From Patescibacteria group bacterium (GTDB lineage: Bacteria > Patescibacteriota > Minisyncoccia > UBA9983): 58,940 nt of DNA. The stretch covers positions 1 through 58,940 of the forward strand of contig JAHIOX010000027.1 in NCBI GenBank assembly GCA_018895015.1, written 5' to 3'. Shown here piece after piece: positions 18,151 through 27,532 of this stretch; position 1 is the stretch's first letter, and each line of letters begins with the position of its first letter. Position numbers and translations under genes: made by a program. The notes beneath the pieces were generated by a model. It made no database searches and was not told where the DNA came from. It worked only from the letters and a program-made list of their open reading frames with translations.

Positions 18151-18988
18151 AAGAAAAATTTTCGGGATTCGCACTCTTAAAACAGACACGGCAGAATATG
18201 TTAAGGATAAAAAAATATCTCTTATTGATGTTGCCGCGGCAGAATCAAAAAAAGGCGGATTAGTTTCTGAAACAAAGACAGAAAAGCTGAATTTTAAAAA
18301 ATTGACATTGATATTGCTGGCCGCGATCGCGGTTGGCGCGATTGCTTTTGGGAGTTACTGGTTTTTTATAAGGGAAGAAAGCGATACCCGGCAGGCTTCT
18401 TTTTCCGCAAAGCCAATTCTTGTCGCGGACGAGACGGTTGAGATTATTGCCATTGCGGATGACCCTAGAAATTTTTTAGCCGCTCTCCGCGGCGCGCTGG
18501 AAACGCCGACGAGAATAAACAGTTTTCTGCACGTATCAATAGTTAAAGAGCTGGAAGAGGGAGGGAAGCGCTCAATCACCACTAAAGAATTTTTTAATCT
18601 CGCCGGAATAAAGGCGTATGCCGGGATTCTGGATTATATTGGAGACAGGTTTATGCTCTCAAAATTTTATTTTAGCAAGGAATGGCCGATTCTTATTTTT
18701 AAAATCAGTTCTTACGACCATGTTTTTCCCGGAATGCTCAAATGGGAATCGTCAATGGCGGAAGATTTTCAGGAAATTTTTTCTATTGAAAATATAGGCG
18801 ATTCAAAAGGTTTTTTTGAAGACAGAGAAATCCAAAACCGCGACACGAGAGTTTTATATGATACGGACGGCAATGTTTTATTGATTTATTCTTTTATAGG
18901 CAAAGATTACATGGTGATTACGGTTAACGAAGAATCTATAAAAGAAATTTATCGCCGTTTTGCTTCGCCCCAGTATTTGAACGAATAA
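18092..18988 (+). CDS. Hypothetical single-pass membrane protein (start uncertain, overlaps pnp end)
   Basis: About 298 aa ORF, TM segment LTLILLAAIAVGAIAFGSYWFF; no start codon downstream of the pnp stop before the TM. Confidence 0.65.
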   Translation: MLNQTASNNAITEGKGEESKRKIFGIRTLKTDTAEYVKDKKISLIDVAAAESKKGGLVSETKTEKLNFKKLTLILLAAIAVGAIAFGSYWFFIREESDTRQASFSAKPILVADETVEIIAIADDPRNFLAALRGALETPTRINSFLHVSIVKELEEGGKRSITTKEFFNLAGIKAYAGILDYIGDRFMLSKFYFSKEWPILIFKISSYDHVFPGMLKWESSMAEDFQEIFSIENIGDSKGFFEDREIQNRDTRVLYDTDGNVLLIYSFIGKDYMVITVNEESIKEIYRRFASPQYLNE

Positions 18989-19015
18989 TTTAAATGTGAT
19001 AGTATTAACTTTGCC

Positions 19016-19390
19016 ATGTTATCAAAAGAAAAAATTGAATATTTCGCAAAAAAGCTTGAGGATGAAAAAAAGCAATTGGAGGAAGAGCTTGGCCATATAG
19101 GGAAAAAAAATCCTGATATCCCCGGCGATTGGGAAGTGTCTTCCGATGATTTTAATTTTGATTCGGCTGACAAAAGCGATTTGGCGGATTCTTTTGAAGA
19201 TTTGGGAAATCGTATTGCCATTGAGGACGCGCTTGAAGAAAAATTAATTTATGTCAACGAGGCGCTCCAGCGCCTTAAAAAAAAGGCGTATGGAGTTTGT
19301 TTGATTTGCAAAAAACCAATACAGGAGAAGCGGCTTGAAGCGTATCCCGCGGCAAAACATTGCATAGAACATGCGAAAAATAATCAATAA
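19016..19390 (+). CDS. TraR/DksA-family zinc-finger protein
   Basis: Coiled coil, DLADSFE tip, YGVCLICKKPI, RLEAYPAAKHCIEH. Confidence 0.85.
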   Translation: MLSKEKIEYFAKKLEDEKKQLEEELGHIGKKNPDIPGDWEVSSDDFNFDSADKSDLADSFEDLGNRIAIEDALEEKLIYVNEALQRLKKKAYGVCLICKKPIQEKRLEAYPAAKHCIEHAKNNQ

Positions 19391-19402
19391 GAAAGCGGAG
19401 CG

Positions 19403-20944
19403 ATGGCTGTAAAAGTATATTCGGCGCAGGTTGTCGGGCTAAAGGCGAATATTGTTGAAGTAGAAGTGGACCTTTCGCAAGGTCTTCATTCTTTTTCAGT
19501 GGTAGGGCTTCCGGACAAGGCGGTAGAGGAGTCAAAGGATAGAATCTCGGCAGCCATTAAAAACTCCGGCTTTATTTCGCCTCAAAAGAAAAATCAGCGG
19601 GTTACGATTTCTCTTGCTCCGGCAGACCTCAAAAAAGAGGGTCCGGTTTTTGATTTGTCTATCGCTCTCGCGTATCTTCTCGCGTCCAAGCAGATAAATT
19701 TTGACGTAAAAGATAAAATTTTTTTCGGCGAGCTCGCGCTTGATGGATTGATAAGACCGGTTAAAGGTGTTTTGGCGCTTGTAAAATACGCCAAAAAGGC
19801 GGGGTTCCAAGAGGTTTTTGTTCCAAAAAGCAATGCGGCAGAAGCGGCGCTTATAAAAGGAATAAAAATTTTCGGCTGTAGCCGCTTGCAAGAAATCGTG
19901 AGCCATTTTGACAAAAAAGAACTTTTTAATTTGAATGAACAGGAAGAAACGGAAATTGATTTTAACGGAACGCGCGAAGATTTTTTAATTGATTTTTCAG
20001 ACATAAAAGGGCAGGAAAGCGCGAAGCGCGGGTTGGAAATCGCGGCCGCTGGCGGACATAATATTTTAATGGTTGGTCCGGCAGGAACAGGCAAAACCAT
20101 GCTTGCAAAAGCATTCGCGGGCATTTTGCCTCCGCCTTCTTTTGACGAAGCATTGGAAATGACTTTGATTCATAGCGTCGCAGGCGCGTTAAATGAGAAT
20201 ATTGTTATACGGAGGCCTTTTCGCAGTCCGCATCATACGGCTTCTTATGTCGCTTTGGTTGGCGGAGGAACTTATCCAAAACCAGGCGAAATAACATTAA
20301 GCCATCGAGGCGTTCTTTTTCTTGATGAATTTCCTGAATTTGAAAGAAAAGTCATTGAATCTTTGCGCCAGCCTCTGGAGGAAGGTTTTATAAATATATC
20401 GCGCGCAAGGGATTCAATAACTTTCCCGGCCAGATTTATATTGATTTGCGCCATGAACCCGTGCCCTTGCGGGAATTTGGGCTCAAAAACAAAGCCATGC
20501 GTGTGTTCTCAGGGCTCGCTGATGCGTTATCAAAGAAAAATTTCAGGGCCTATTGTGGACAGAATTGATTTGTGGCTTGAGGTTCCGCAGGTTGAGCACG
20601 AAAAAATGTCAGACATGAGCAAAACAGGCGAAGGTTCTGACGCGATAAGAGCCAGGGTTTTAAAGGCAAGAGAAATTCAGAGGGACAGATTCGGGATTTT
20701 GGAGCATGGCAAAAAAAAGCAGTTTTTGATAAACAGCGAGATGGGCGTAAGAGATCTTAAAACATTTGCTCCGCTTTCGGAAAAAGTGAAGAATATTTTG
20801 AACCATGCCGCGGAGCGGCTGGATTTGTCAGGCAGGGGATATCATCGCGTCATCAAATTAGCCCGTACCATAGCGGATTTGGAGGGCTCGGAAAACATTT
20901 ACGAAAACCATATTTTTGAAGCCATTCAATACAGGCCGAAGTAA
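19403..20944 (+). CDS. comM: ComM/YifB-family AAA+ ATPase
   Basis: VGLPDKAVEESKDR, GELALDG, GPAGTGKT, FRSPHH, LFLDEFPEF, MNPCPCG. Confidence 0.9.
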   Translation: MAVKVYSAQVVGLKANIVEVEVDLSQGLHSFSVVGLPDKAVEESKDRISAAIKNSGFISPQKKNQRVTISLAPADLKKEGPVFDLSIALAYLLASKQINFDVKDKIFFGELALDGLIRPVKGVLALVKYAKKAGFQEVFVPKSNAAEAALIKGIKIFGCSRLQEIVSHFDKKELFNLNEQEETEIDFNGTREDFLIDFSDIKGQESAKRGLEIAAAGGHNILMVGPAGTGKTMLAKAFAGILPPPSFDEALEMTLIHSVAGALNENIVIRRPFRSPHHTASYVALVGGGTYPKPGEITLSHRGVLFLDEFPEFERKVIESLRQPLEEGFINISRARDSITFPARFILICAMNPCPCGNLGSKTKPCVCSQGSLMRYQRKISGPIVDRIDLWLEVPQVEHEKMSDMSKTGEGSDAIRARVLKAREIQRDRFGILEHGKKKQFLINSEMGVRDLKTFAPLSEKVKNILNHAAERLDLSGRGYHRVIKLARTIADLEGSENIYENHIFEAIQYRPK

Positions 20945-20991
20945 TATTGCTTAAAATCATTAGAATGATAAAATAAAACAAATATAGAAAT

Positions 20992-21426
20992 TTGAAAATT
21001 GAGTTTGTGAGGAGAAAAATATGCGCACAAAAAAAAGGCGGAATAGCTGAAAAAATGGGAATCAAGTATTGTCCAAATATAACCACCTTGTCGCTGCGCA
21101 ACCATTCAGGTCATGGTCCAAGCAAGTGCTCGGATGAAATGTTTTTAAGGCAAGGAAGTAAAGAACCTTTAAAATTTAAGCCCATAGATAAGGAAGAAAT
21201 AAAAATATTCGTGGATTTAGATGATGAAATTCTCGCGGATTCTAAAATTAGTCCCGAAGAAGAATATCTTAAAAATCACAGAAGGCATATGGAAGGTGGT
21301 AATCATGAAGTAAAATTAATTCAAGATGTAGTCGTTCCAGACGTAATTCAGCGGTTAAAGGAAGAGGATGAAAAAACCATTGAAGGGACAAAAAAGTTTT
21401 TAGAAAAACTAAAAAAATCGCGCTAA
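20992..21426 (+). CDS. Hypothetical protein (start TTG 20992 or ATG 21055)
   Basis: Only sizeable ORF in the comM-M23 gap; charged composition. Confidence 0.55.
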   Translation: MKIEFVRRKICAQKKGGIAEKMGIKYCPNITTLSLRNHSGHGPSKCSDEMFLRQGSKEPLKFKPIDKEEIKIFVDLDDEILADSKISPEEEYLKNHRRHMEGGNHEVKLIQDVVVPDVIQRLKEEDEKTIEGTKKFLEKLKKSR

Positions 21427-21492
21427 TAATGGCGCAAATGATAACACCGACCCGCAGGGCCGGTTTTTTATTTTGAAAGCATTTTTCCAGCC

Positions 21493-22560
21493 CTAAAACG
21501 GGTTTTTGGCACCGCGGACTTCAAAGTGTACGTGGCAACCGGTAGATTTTCCTGTTGAGCCGATGTAGCCGATAACTTGGCCTTTTACCACATGCCATCC
21601 GGCCCACACTATATTTTTACTTAAATGGGAGTAAAGGGTTTGAGTCCCGTTGGGGTGCCTTATAACAATATAATTTCCATATCCCGCGTTCCAGCCATAG
21701 TCTTTGCTTATGATTACATCTCCGTTTGCGGAGGCGAAAATCGGAGTGCCGCAGGAATCCGCTAAGTCAACGGCGTTATAACCGTGCAATCCTTGAGATT
21801 TTCTGCCGTCAGCAATCGGCCTTAAATAATAACCGGCATAAAATGGAGTGTTTGTTGTAGCTGTATTTTTATATGCGGCAACAGGAGCTGTTTTTTCTTT
21901 TTGCTGAGACGAATAATCTTCGCCGTTGGGTATTATTATTTCTTGTCCTTCCAATAAACTGCTCTCTGACGCAAGCCCGTTGAATTGGGTAATTTCATCA
22001 ATGTCGCCATTGAATTTTTTAGCTATGCTTTTTACGCTGTCGCCTTTTTTAACTGTGTATTGAATGCCTTGCACAGGCAAAATGATAAGCGTTTGTCCCG
22101 GAGTGATTTTGCCTCCTGACTTTATGTCATTGGCCCAAATAATGGTGTTTACGGAAACGCCGAACATTTCGGCGATTTGAGATAAGTTATCGCCTTTGCG
22201 CACAACATAGACGCTAATCTGGTCTTGCGTTGGTTTTGCTTCTTCAATATCTGCGATTGTTCCCATCGGGCCGGAGTTTGGCAAAAGGGCGTTGTTATTT
22301 ACGATTGTTATGTCGCCGCCGCCTTTTGCCGCGTTCATATCCGGATTTAGCGCGGCTTCAAGCAAGGGAATAGTTTGAGAGTTTGAAATAATTGTTTTCG
22401 CGCCAGTGTCGTTAATGCCAAGTAAATTTTCTATAAAAGAGAAAATGCCGGCATGGGCAAGTTTTGGCAAAACAACAAAAGCGGCTATGAATATAGCCAA
22501 AATAAAAAACTTCAATATATGGCTCTGCGCCGGTGTTTTAGCGGCATCAGAGCTTTGCAA
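21493..22560 (-). CDS. Secreted 2xLysM + M23 peptidase
   Basis: Signal peptide (LAHA), YVVRKGDNLSQIA and YTVKKGDSVKSIA LysMs, YSHL and TGCHVHFEV M23 motifs. Confidence 0.92.
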   Translation of the reverse strand: MQSSDAAKTPAQSHILKFFILAIFIAAFVVLPKLAHAGIFSFIENLLGINDTGAKTIISNSQTIPLLEAALNPDMNAAKGGGDITIVNNNALLPNSGPMGTIADIEEAKPTQDQISVYVVRKGDNLSQIAEMFGVSVNTIIWANDIKSGGKITPGQTLIILPVQGIQYTVKKGDSVKSIAKKFNGDIDEITQFNGLASESSLLEGQEIIIPNGEDYSSQQKEKTAPVAAYKNTATTNTPFYAGYYLRPIADGRKSQGLHGYNAVDLADSCGTPIFASANGDVIISKDYGWNAGYGNYIVIRHPNGTQTLYSHLSKNIVWAGWHVVKGQVIGYIGSTGKSTGCHVHFEVRGAKNPF

Positions 22561-22692
22561 GTTAGTAGAAATAGGCTTAAATTAAATAGGATTTACGGTA
22601 AAATTAAGAAAAAAAACGACCATTTGCGACATTTCAATCCTAGTCTTAATTTTATCTAACCTGTTTGGCAAGTCAACCCCGTTAGAAATTGG

Positions 22693-22759
22693 TGTGGATA
22701 AGTAAATTGAGAGAAAAAAATGAAATAAAATTTCTAACGGGGTCAATGAGTTATCCACA
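22693..22759. promoter_or_regulatory. Two perfect DnaA boxes between M23 gene and pcrA/uvrD
   Basis: TGTGGATAA 22693-22701 and TTATCCACA 22751-22759. Confidence 0.6.
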
Positions 22760-22792
22760 GAGCATTGTTTTGTGTTAATATAGAAGTTGCCT

Positions 22793-24706
22793 ATGAATAA
22801 TCTACTGGAAAATCTTAATGAGGCGCAGAAAAAAGCGGTTTTGCATAAAAACGGGCCCTTGATTGTGCTTGCCGGCGCTGGCGCAGGAAAAACGCGCGCA
22901 ATAAGCCATCGCGTCGCGTATCTCGCCAGCCAAGGAGTCGCGCCGGATAAAATTTTGGCAATAACTTTTACCAATAAAGCGGCTGAAGAAATGAAAGAAC
23001 GAATTCATAATTTGTTATCATTAACCGGCCATCATTCATCAAAGCCGTTTGTCAGCACCTTTCACGCGCTTGGCGTTTTTATTTTGCGCAATAGCGGGAA
23101 GAGCGTGGGAGTGCCAAAAAATTTTTCAATTTTTGACAAAGAAGATTCTTTATCTGTGATTAAATCCGTTATGAAAGATCTGGAGATCGACCCTAAGCAG
23201 TTTCAGCCGATAAAAATGCAGTCAATGATATCCAGACACAAAGGCGATTTGATGACCAGCGAAGATTTTTCAATTTTCGCGGGCAACGAATTTTTTTTAA
23301 GCGCTGTGTCTAAAATATGGAATAAATATGAAGAAAACTTAATTAAGCAAAAAGCTTTGGATTTTGACGATTTGATTTTAAAAACCGCGCTGTTGTTTAA
23401 AAAAGATAAAGCCGTTGCTGACTATTACAATAATTTATGGCAATACATTCTTATAGACGAGTATCAAGATACGAATAAGGCGCAGTATGAACTTTCTAAA
23501 TTTTTAGCTAAAAAACACAGGAACATATGCATTATAGGCGATTTGGACCAGGCAATATACGGCTGGCGAGGCGCCGATTTAAGGAATATTATAAATTTTG
23601 AAAGGGATTTTCCGGAACATGTCGCGATTGTTTTTGAAGAGAATTACCGTTCCACCCAAAATATTCTTGAGGCGGCCGCGAGAGTGATAGAAAAAAATAA
23701 AATACGAAAGCCGAAAAATCTTTTTACCAAAAAAGAAAAAGGCGCTGAAATTTCTTTGTTTGAAGCAATGAATGAACAAGAGGAGGCCGAATTCGTGGTC
23801 CATAAAATAAAAGAAATTACAGGGAAGGGGGCAAATCCTTCCGATATCGCGGTTTTGTTTCGCGCCAATTTCCAGTCAAGAATATTGGAAGAGTTTTGTT
23901 TGAAGCGCAAAGTTCCGTATCAAATGCTTGGAACGCAGTTTTACCAGCGCAAAGAGATAAAAGATATTTTCGCGTATATTAAAGCGGCCATGAATACGAA
24001 CGATTTAATGAGCGTAAAAAGAATTATTAATGTTCCGCCGCGCGGAATAGGCAAGGTTACTATATTAAATTATTTCGCGGGCAAAAAATTGCCGGAAGAA
24101 ACGCAAAAAAAAATAACGCGCTTTTTAAATATTCTGGTGTTAATTAATGAAAAAATTAAAAAAGAAAAGGCGTCAACCGCGGTCCGTTTCGCCATAGAAG
24201 AGAGCGGTTTGCGCGATTTTTTTCAAAACGGGAGCGACGACGACAAAGAAAGAATGGAAAATTTAAAAGAACTGGTGACAATTGCCACGCGCTATGATGG
24301 CTTGAAACCATGCGAAGGAATTGAAAAAATGCTTACGGACGCCGCGTTGATGAGCGAGCAGGACTCAATTGACAGAAAGAAAAACTCGGTTCGGCTAATG
24401 ACGGCGCATTCCGCCAAAGGATTGGAGTTTAAAACTGTTTTTATCGTTGGCTTGGAAGAAGGGCTATTTCCGCATTCGGGCTGGGGAGGGAATTTTGAAG
24501 AAAAAAACGAAGAAGAAAGGAGATTGTTTTATGTCGCGCTGACAAGGGCGCAGGAGAAATTATTCCTTTCTTTCAGCGTAAGCAGGATGATTTACGGGTC
24601 TAAGCAATTAAACTTAGCGTCAAGATTTTTGTCTGACATTCCCGAACATCTTGTTAAATTGGAGGAATTTTGCCCGGGAGCGGAAGATGTGATTGAATAT
24701 GATTGA
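22793..24706 (+). CDS. pcrA: UvrD/PcrA superfamily 1 helicase
   Basis: LAGAGAGKT, AITFTNKAA, LIDEYQD, HSAKGLEF, EERRLFYVALTRA. Confidence 0.95.
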   Translation: MNNLLENLNEAQKKAVLHKNGPLIVLAGAGAGKTRAISHRVAYLASQGVAPDKILAITFTNKAAEEMKERIHNLLSLTGHHSSKPFVSTFHALGVFILRNSGKSVGVPKNFSIFDKEDSLSVIKSVMKDLEIDPKQFQPIKMQSMISRHKGDLMTSEDFSIFAGNEFFLSAVSKIWNKYEENLIKQKALDFDDLILKTALLFKKDKAVADYYNNLWQYILIDEYQDTNKAQYELSKFLAKKHRNICIIGDLDQAIYGWRGADLRNIINFERDFPEHVAIVFEENYRSTQNILEAAARVIEKNKIRKPKNLFTKKEKGAEISLFEAMNEQEEAEFVVHKIKEITGKGANPSDIAVLFRANFQSRILEEFCLKRKVPYQMLGTQFYQRKEIKDIFAYIKAAMNTNDLMSVKRIINVPPRGIGKVTILNYFAGKKLPEETQKKITRFLNILVLINEKIKKEKASTAVRFAIEESGLRDFFQNGSDDDKERMENLKELVTIATRYDGLKPCEGIEKMLTDAALMSEQDSIDRKKNSVRLMTAHSAKGLEFKTVFIVGLEEGLFPHSGWGGNFEEKNEEERRLFYVALTRAQEKLFLSFSVSRMIYGSKQLNLASRFLSDIPEHLVKLEEFCPGAEDVIEYD

Positions 24707-24745
24707 TATTTCAAGTAAAATAATAAATATATGCGAATACGCGGT

Positions 24746-25030
24746 ATGCTTAATTTGTCCAAAGAAAATATCGTTAAAGATTTAGGTCCGGAAACATTGT
24801 TCGGCATTGAAAAAATTATTTTCCAATCTGTTTTATTGAGGATAATTGAACGGCTAAGCGATGATGACGCTGATAATTTTGAAAAATTGCTTGAGGAAAA
24901 GCCGGATGACGAAGAAGCGATTTTAAGTTATTTGCGTTCTAAAAATTCTAATTTTGACATAATTGTCAATGAAGAGGCTGATAAATTTAAGAAAGAAGCC
25001 GTTGATTTTATGAATAAGATAAAAGAATAA
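24746..25030 (+). CDS. Small acidic helical hypothetical protein (CPR-type)
   Basis: About 94 aa acidic ORF between pcrA and the next gene; start 24731 or 24746. Confidence 0.65.
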   Translation: MLNLSKENIVKDLGPETLFGIEKIIFQSVLLRIIERLSDDDADNFEKLLEEKPDDEEAILSYLRSKNSNFDIIVNEEADKFKKEAVDFMNKIKE

Positions 25031-25034
25031 AAAT

Positions 25035-26078
25035 ATGGACGATGAGATATTAGATGAAATTTTAAAGGGCGCGGGAGAAAATGGCGCTGTTGAAATTAAA
25101 ACAAAGTCTACAGAGCCGGCAAAGCCTTCTGAAAGCATAGCGTCCGGGCAAGAGGGTATTTTTAATGGCGCGAGGGATGAGTATGTCCGGGTTTACAATA
25201 GCTACAAAGGAGCTTTTGGAAAATTTAAACAAAAAGGAAAATTGGCGGCTCTTATTTTTGAAAAATCGCTTGAAGACGCGAAAAAAATGTTTATTTTGGC
25301 AGGAGACGCCGTGAAATTGAAATCGGGAAAAGAGGAGGAAAGAAAAGAGGCCGAAGAGAGGCAATGTAATTTTGTTGATAAATTGATAATGGAGGGAATG
25401 GGACAGGCGCAAGCCGAAGCGCTTTATAATGTTGAATTGAAGAAAGCGGAATATGATAAAGCCAAGATTAATTTTGGAAGAGAATTGTACAGGAGCGGGA
25501 TTAAACCGGAAGAAATATTCAAAAAACTTGTAATCGGCGATGAAGAATTTTTGAACGCGGTAAGGATTGAGAGTTGGCCTCCTAATGACAAAAAACACGC
25601 CCAAAAAATAATGGAATGGTGGCTTGGCAAGAAAATAGATGTTTTGGAAACAAAAAATGCGGACGTATTTAAATTGACGGATGATTTTTGGAATTTGGCG
25701 CAAAAAAAGCTTGAGCAAAAAGGATATTTTGTTCAATTAAGCGGCAGTCCGGAGGATGTGATGGCAAAAAAGATTTATCTTATTGATTTTGCCAAGAATA
25801 AAATTGTTGAGAGCCAAGGTCAAATTAACATTGATTCTTTATTGGAGAATAAGGATATTTGGCCTCAGGCTGTTAAAAGCGCGGAAAATCTTACCGCGCA
25901 TGAGCTCGGAGAGATTATAAAAAACAACGCCGCTATCGGAGAATGGATGAAAAATAATCCCGGAAGGACTTTAACTGTTGAAAAAATGGAGGAGATTCTG
26001 CGATCTTCCGTGTCAACGCAGGAAATACGGCCGTGGGAAAAAACGGCGCATGATTTGGCGATAAAAAATGCGCAATAA
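25035..26078 (+). CDS. Hypothetical charged alpha-helical protein
   Basis: 347 aa, K/E-rich, no TM or catalytic motif recognised. Confidence 0.7.
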   Translation: MDDEILDEILKGAGENGAVEIKTKSTEPAKPSESIASGQEGIFNGARDEYVRVYNSYKGAFGKFKQKGKLAALIFEKSLEDAKKMFILAGDAVKLKSGKEEERKEAEERQCNFVDKLIMEGMGQAQAEALYNVELKKAEYDKAKINFGRELYRSGIKPEEIFKKLVIGDEEFLNAVRIESWPPNDKKHAQKIMEWWLGKKIDVLETKNADVFKLTDDFWNLAQKKLEQKGYFVQLSGSPEDVMAKKIYLIDFAKNKIVESQGQINIDSLLENKDIWPQAVKSAENLTAHELGEIIKNNAAIGEWMKNNPGRTLTVEKMEEILRSSVSTQEIRPWEKTAHDLAIKNAQ

Positions 26079-26904
26079 GCCAATAAAGCATCTTGGCCAA
26101 AACTTTCTTACTTCAAAAAAGATTATTGAGGATATAATTCGCGCGGCTGATTTAAGCCCGGATGATGTTGTTTTGGAGGCTGGGCCGGGCAAGGGTATTT
26201 TGACAGAAGCGATTTTGGAAAAAATTCCTCGCGGAAAATTGATTGCCGTTGAAAAAGACAAGCGATTAGTCGAATATCTTAATAAAAAATTTGCGGCGGT
26301 GTATTCTAATCTGGGAATAATTTATGGCGATATTTTAAAATTTGATTCCGGCAGGCTAAAAGCCAATGAAGCTAAAAGTTATAAAATTGTAGCCAATATA
26401 CCTTATTACATCACATCGCGGTTTTTGCGGAAATTTTTAGAGAGCGATTACCAGCCATCGCGGATGGTTTTGATGCTGCAAAAAGAAGTGGCGGAAAGGA
26501 TTGCTTGCCCTGAGCGAAGCCAAAATGGCTGCAAAGAATCAATTCTCTCAATTAGCGTTAAGGCGTACGGCGAGCCGAAAATAATAAAAAAAGTTCCGGC
26601 AGAATTTTTTTCGCCAAAGCCAAAAGTTGATTCAGCTATTTTGCTTATTAACAATATTTCCAAAGATTTTTTCACAAAAAACAAATTGGACGAGAAAAAG
26701 TTTTTTGAGTTAGTGCGGCTTGGATTTAGCCACAAGCGCAAATTGCTAAAGAGCAATTTGAAAAATGTTAGCCACTTAGTGGCTAACATCGAGGAGGTGT
26801 TTGATAAATGTAAAATTCCTCAAAATGCCCGGGCGGAGGACTTAAAATCGGAGGATTGGAAGTGTTTTTCCAAGGGCTTGCATTTTTTTGAACATCTGGT
26901 ATAA
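26068..26904 (+). CDS. rsmA: 16S rRNA m6,2A dimethyltransferase
   Basis: KHLGQNFL, VLEAGPGKGILT, VANIPYYITS, FSPKPKVDSA, RAEDL. Confidence 0.96.
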   Translation: MRNKPIKHLGQNFLTSKKIIEDIIRAADLSPDDVVLEAGPGKGILTEAILEKIPRGKLIAVEKDKRLVEYLNKKFAAVYSNLGIIYGDILKFDSGRLKANEAKSYKIVANIPYYITSRFLRKFLESDYQPSRMVLMLQKEVAERIACPERSQNGCKESILSISVKAYGEPKIIKKVPAEFFSPKPKVDSAILLINNISKDFFTKNKLDEKKFFELVRLGFSHKRKLLKSNLKNVSHLVANIEEVFDKCKIPQNARAEDLKSEDWKCFSKGLHFFEHLV

Positions 26905-26977
26905 TTTAAAAAATGGGCTAAAAAGCTCAAAGCTTAAAAATAAAAAATTGAGACAATAAAAGAGAGGGGTGGGAGAA

Positions 26978-27439
26978 ATGAAAAAGAAAGAGATGAAAGG
27001 ATTTTGTTTTGCGTTTTTGGCATTAGCGGCGCTGTTATTGAGTTCTTGCGCCGCGGCGCCAATGGCAATGTATGCCGGCTCAGCAGTAGCTGGCGGGTAT
27101 CATTACGGTTCCACAATGACGTCACTGGGGTTTGGCGGTGGTAGCAACGGAACCCAACAGGACGGAGTTATTGTTTATCGTGACGGTGAGTATGCTAAGG
27201 GCTTGGCAAAAAAAGCCCTAAAAAATCTTGGGATCCAAGTTGACACTAGTATCCCTGTCACAGATGCTATCGTTGGTGTTACAAATGATAGTGTTAGGGT
27301 GCAAGTAACCATTATTGAGAAAACCAAGAAGTTGACCGAGATGAAAATCTCGGCAAAGAAGAATTTCGTGGTCAATGACCCGATGGTGGCAAAGTCGGTG
27401 TGCGACGAAATCAAACGCCTAGCAGGAATAAGAAGCTAG
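26978..27439 (+). CDS. Lipoprotein, DUF3568-like
   Basis: MKKK, hydrophobic stretch, LSSC lipobox; GGAG before ATG; DUF3568 resemblance is by eye only. Confidence 0.6.
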   Translation: MKKKEMKGFCFAFLALAALLLSSCAAAPMAMYAGSAVAGGYHYGSTMTSLGFGGGSNGTQQDGVIVYRDGEYAKGLAKKALKNLGIQVDTSIPVTDAIVGVTNDSVRVQVTIIEKTKKLTEMKISAKKNFVVNDPMVAKSVCDEIKRLAGIRS

Positions 27440-27471
27440 GCAAAGGAGGAATTTTTGGAGGTCTCAAACTA

Positions 27472-27509
27472 AAAGGGCGTATATCGTGTAAACTTGATAT
27501 GCGCCCTTT
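27472..27509. terminator. Hairpin terminator between convergent genes
   Basis: AAAGGGCGTATATC-10 nt-GATATGCGCCCTTT. Confidence 0.65.
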
Positions 27510-27532
27510 ACTAATTTTAACCGCTTAAATTT

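Noticed and set aside
19403-20944. Magnesium chelatase
   Set aside because: Motifs match the ComM/YifB subfamily; no tetrapyrrole genes present
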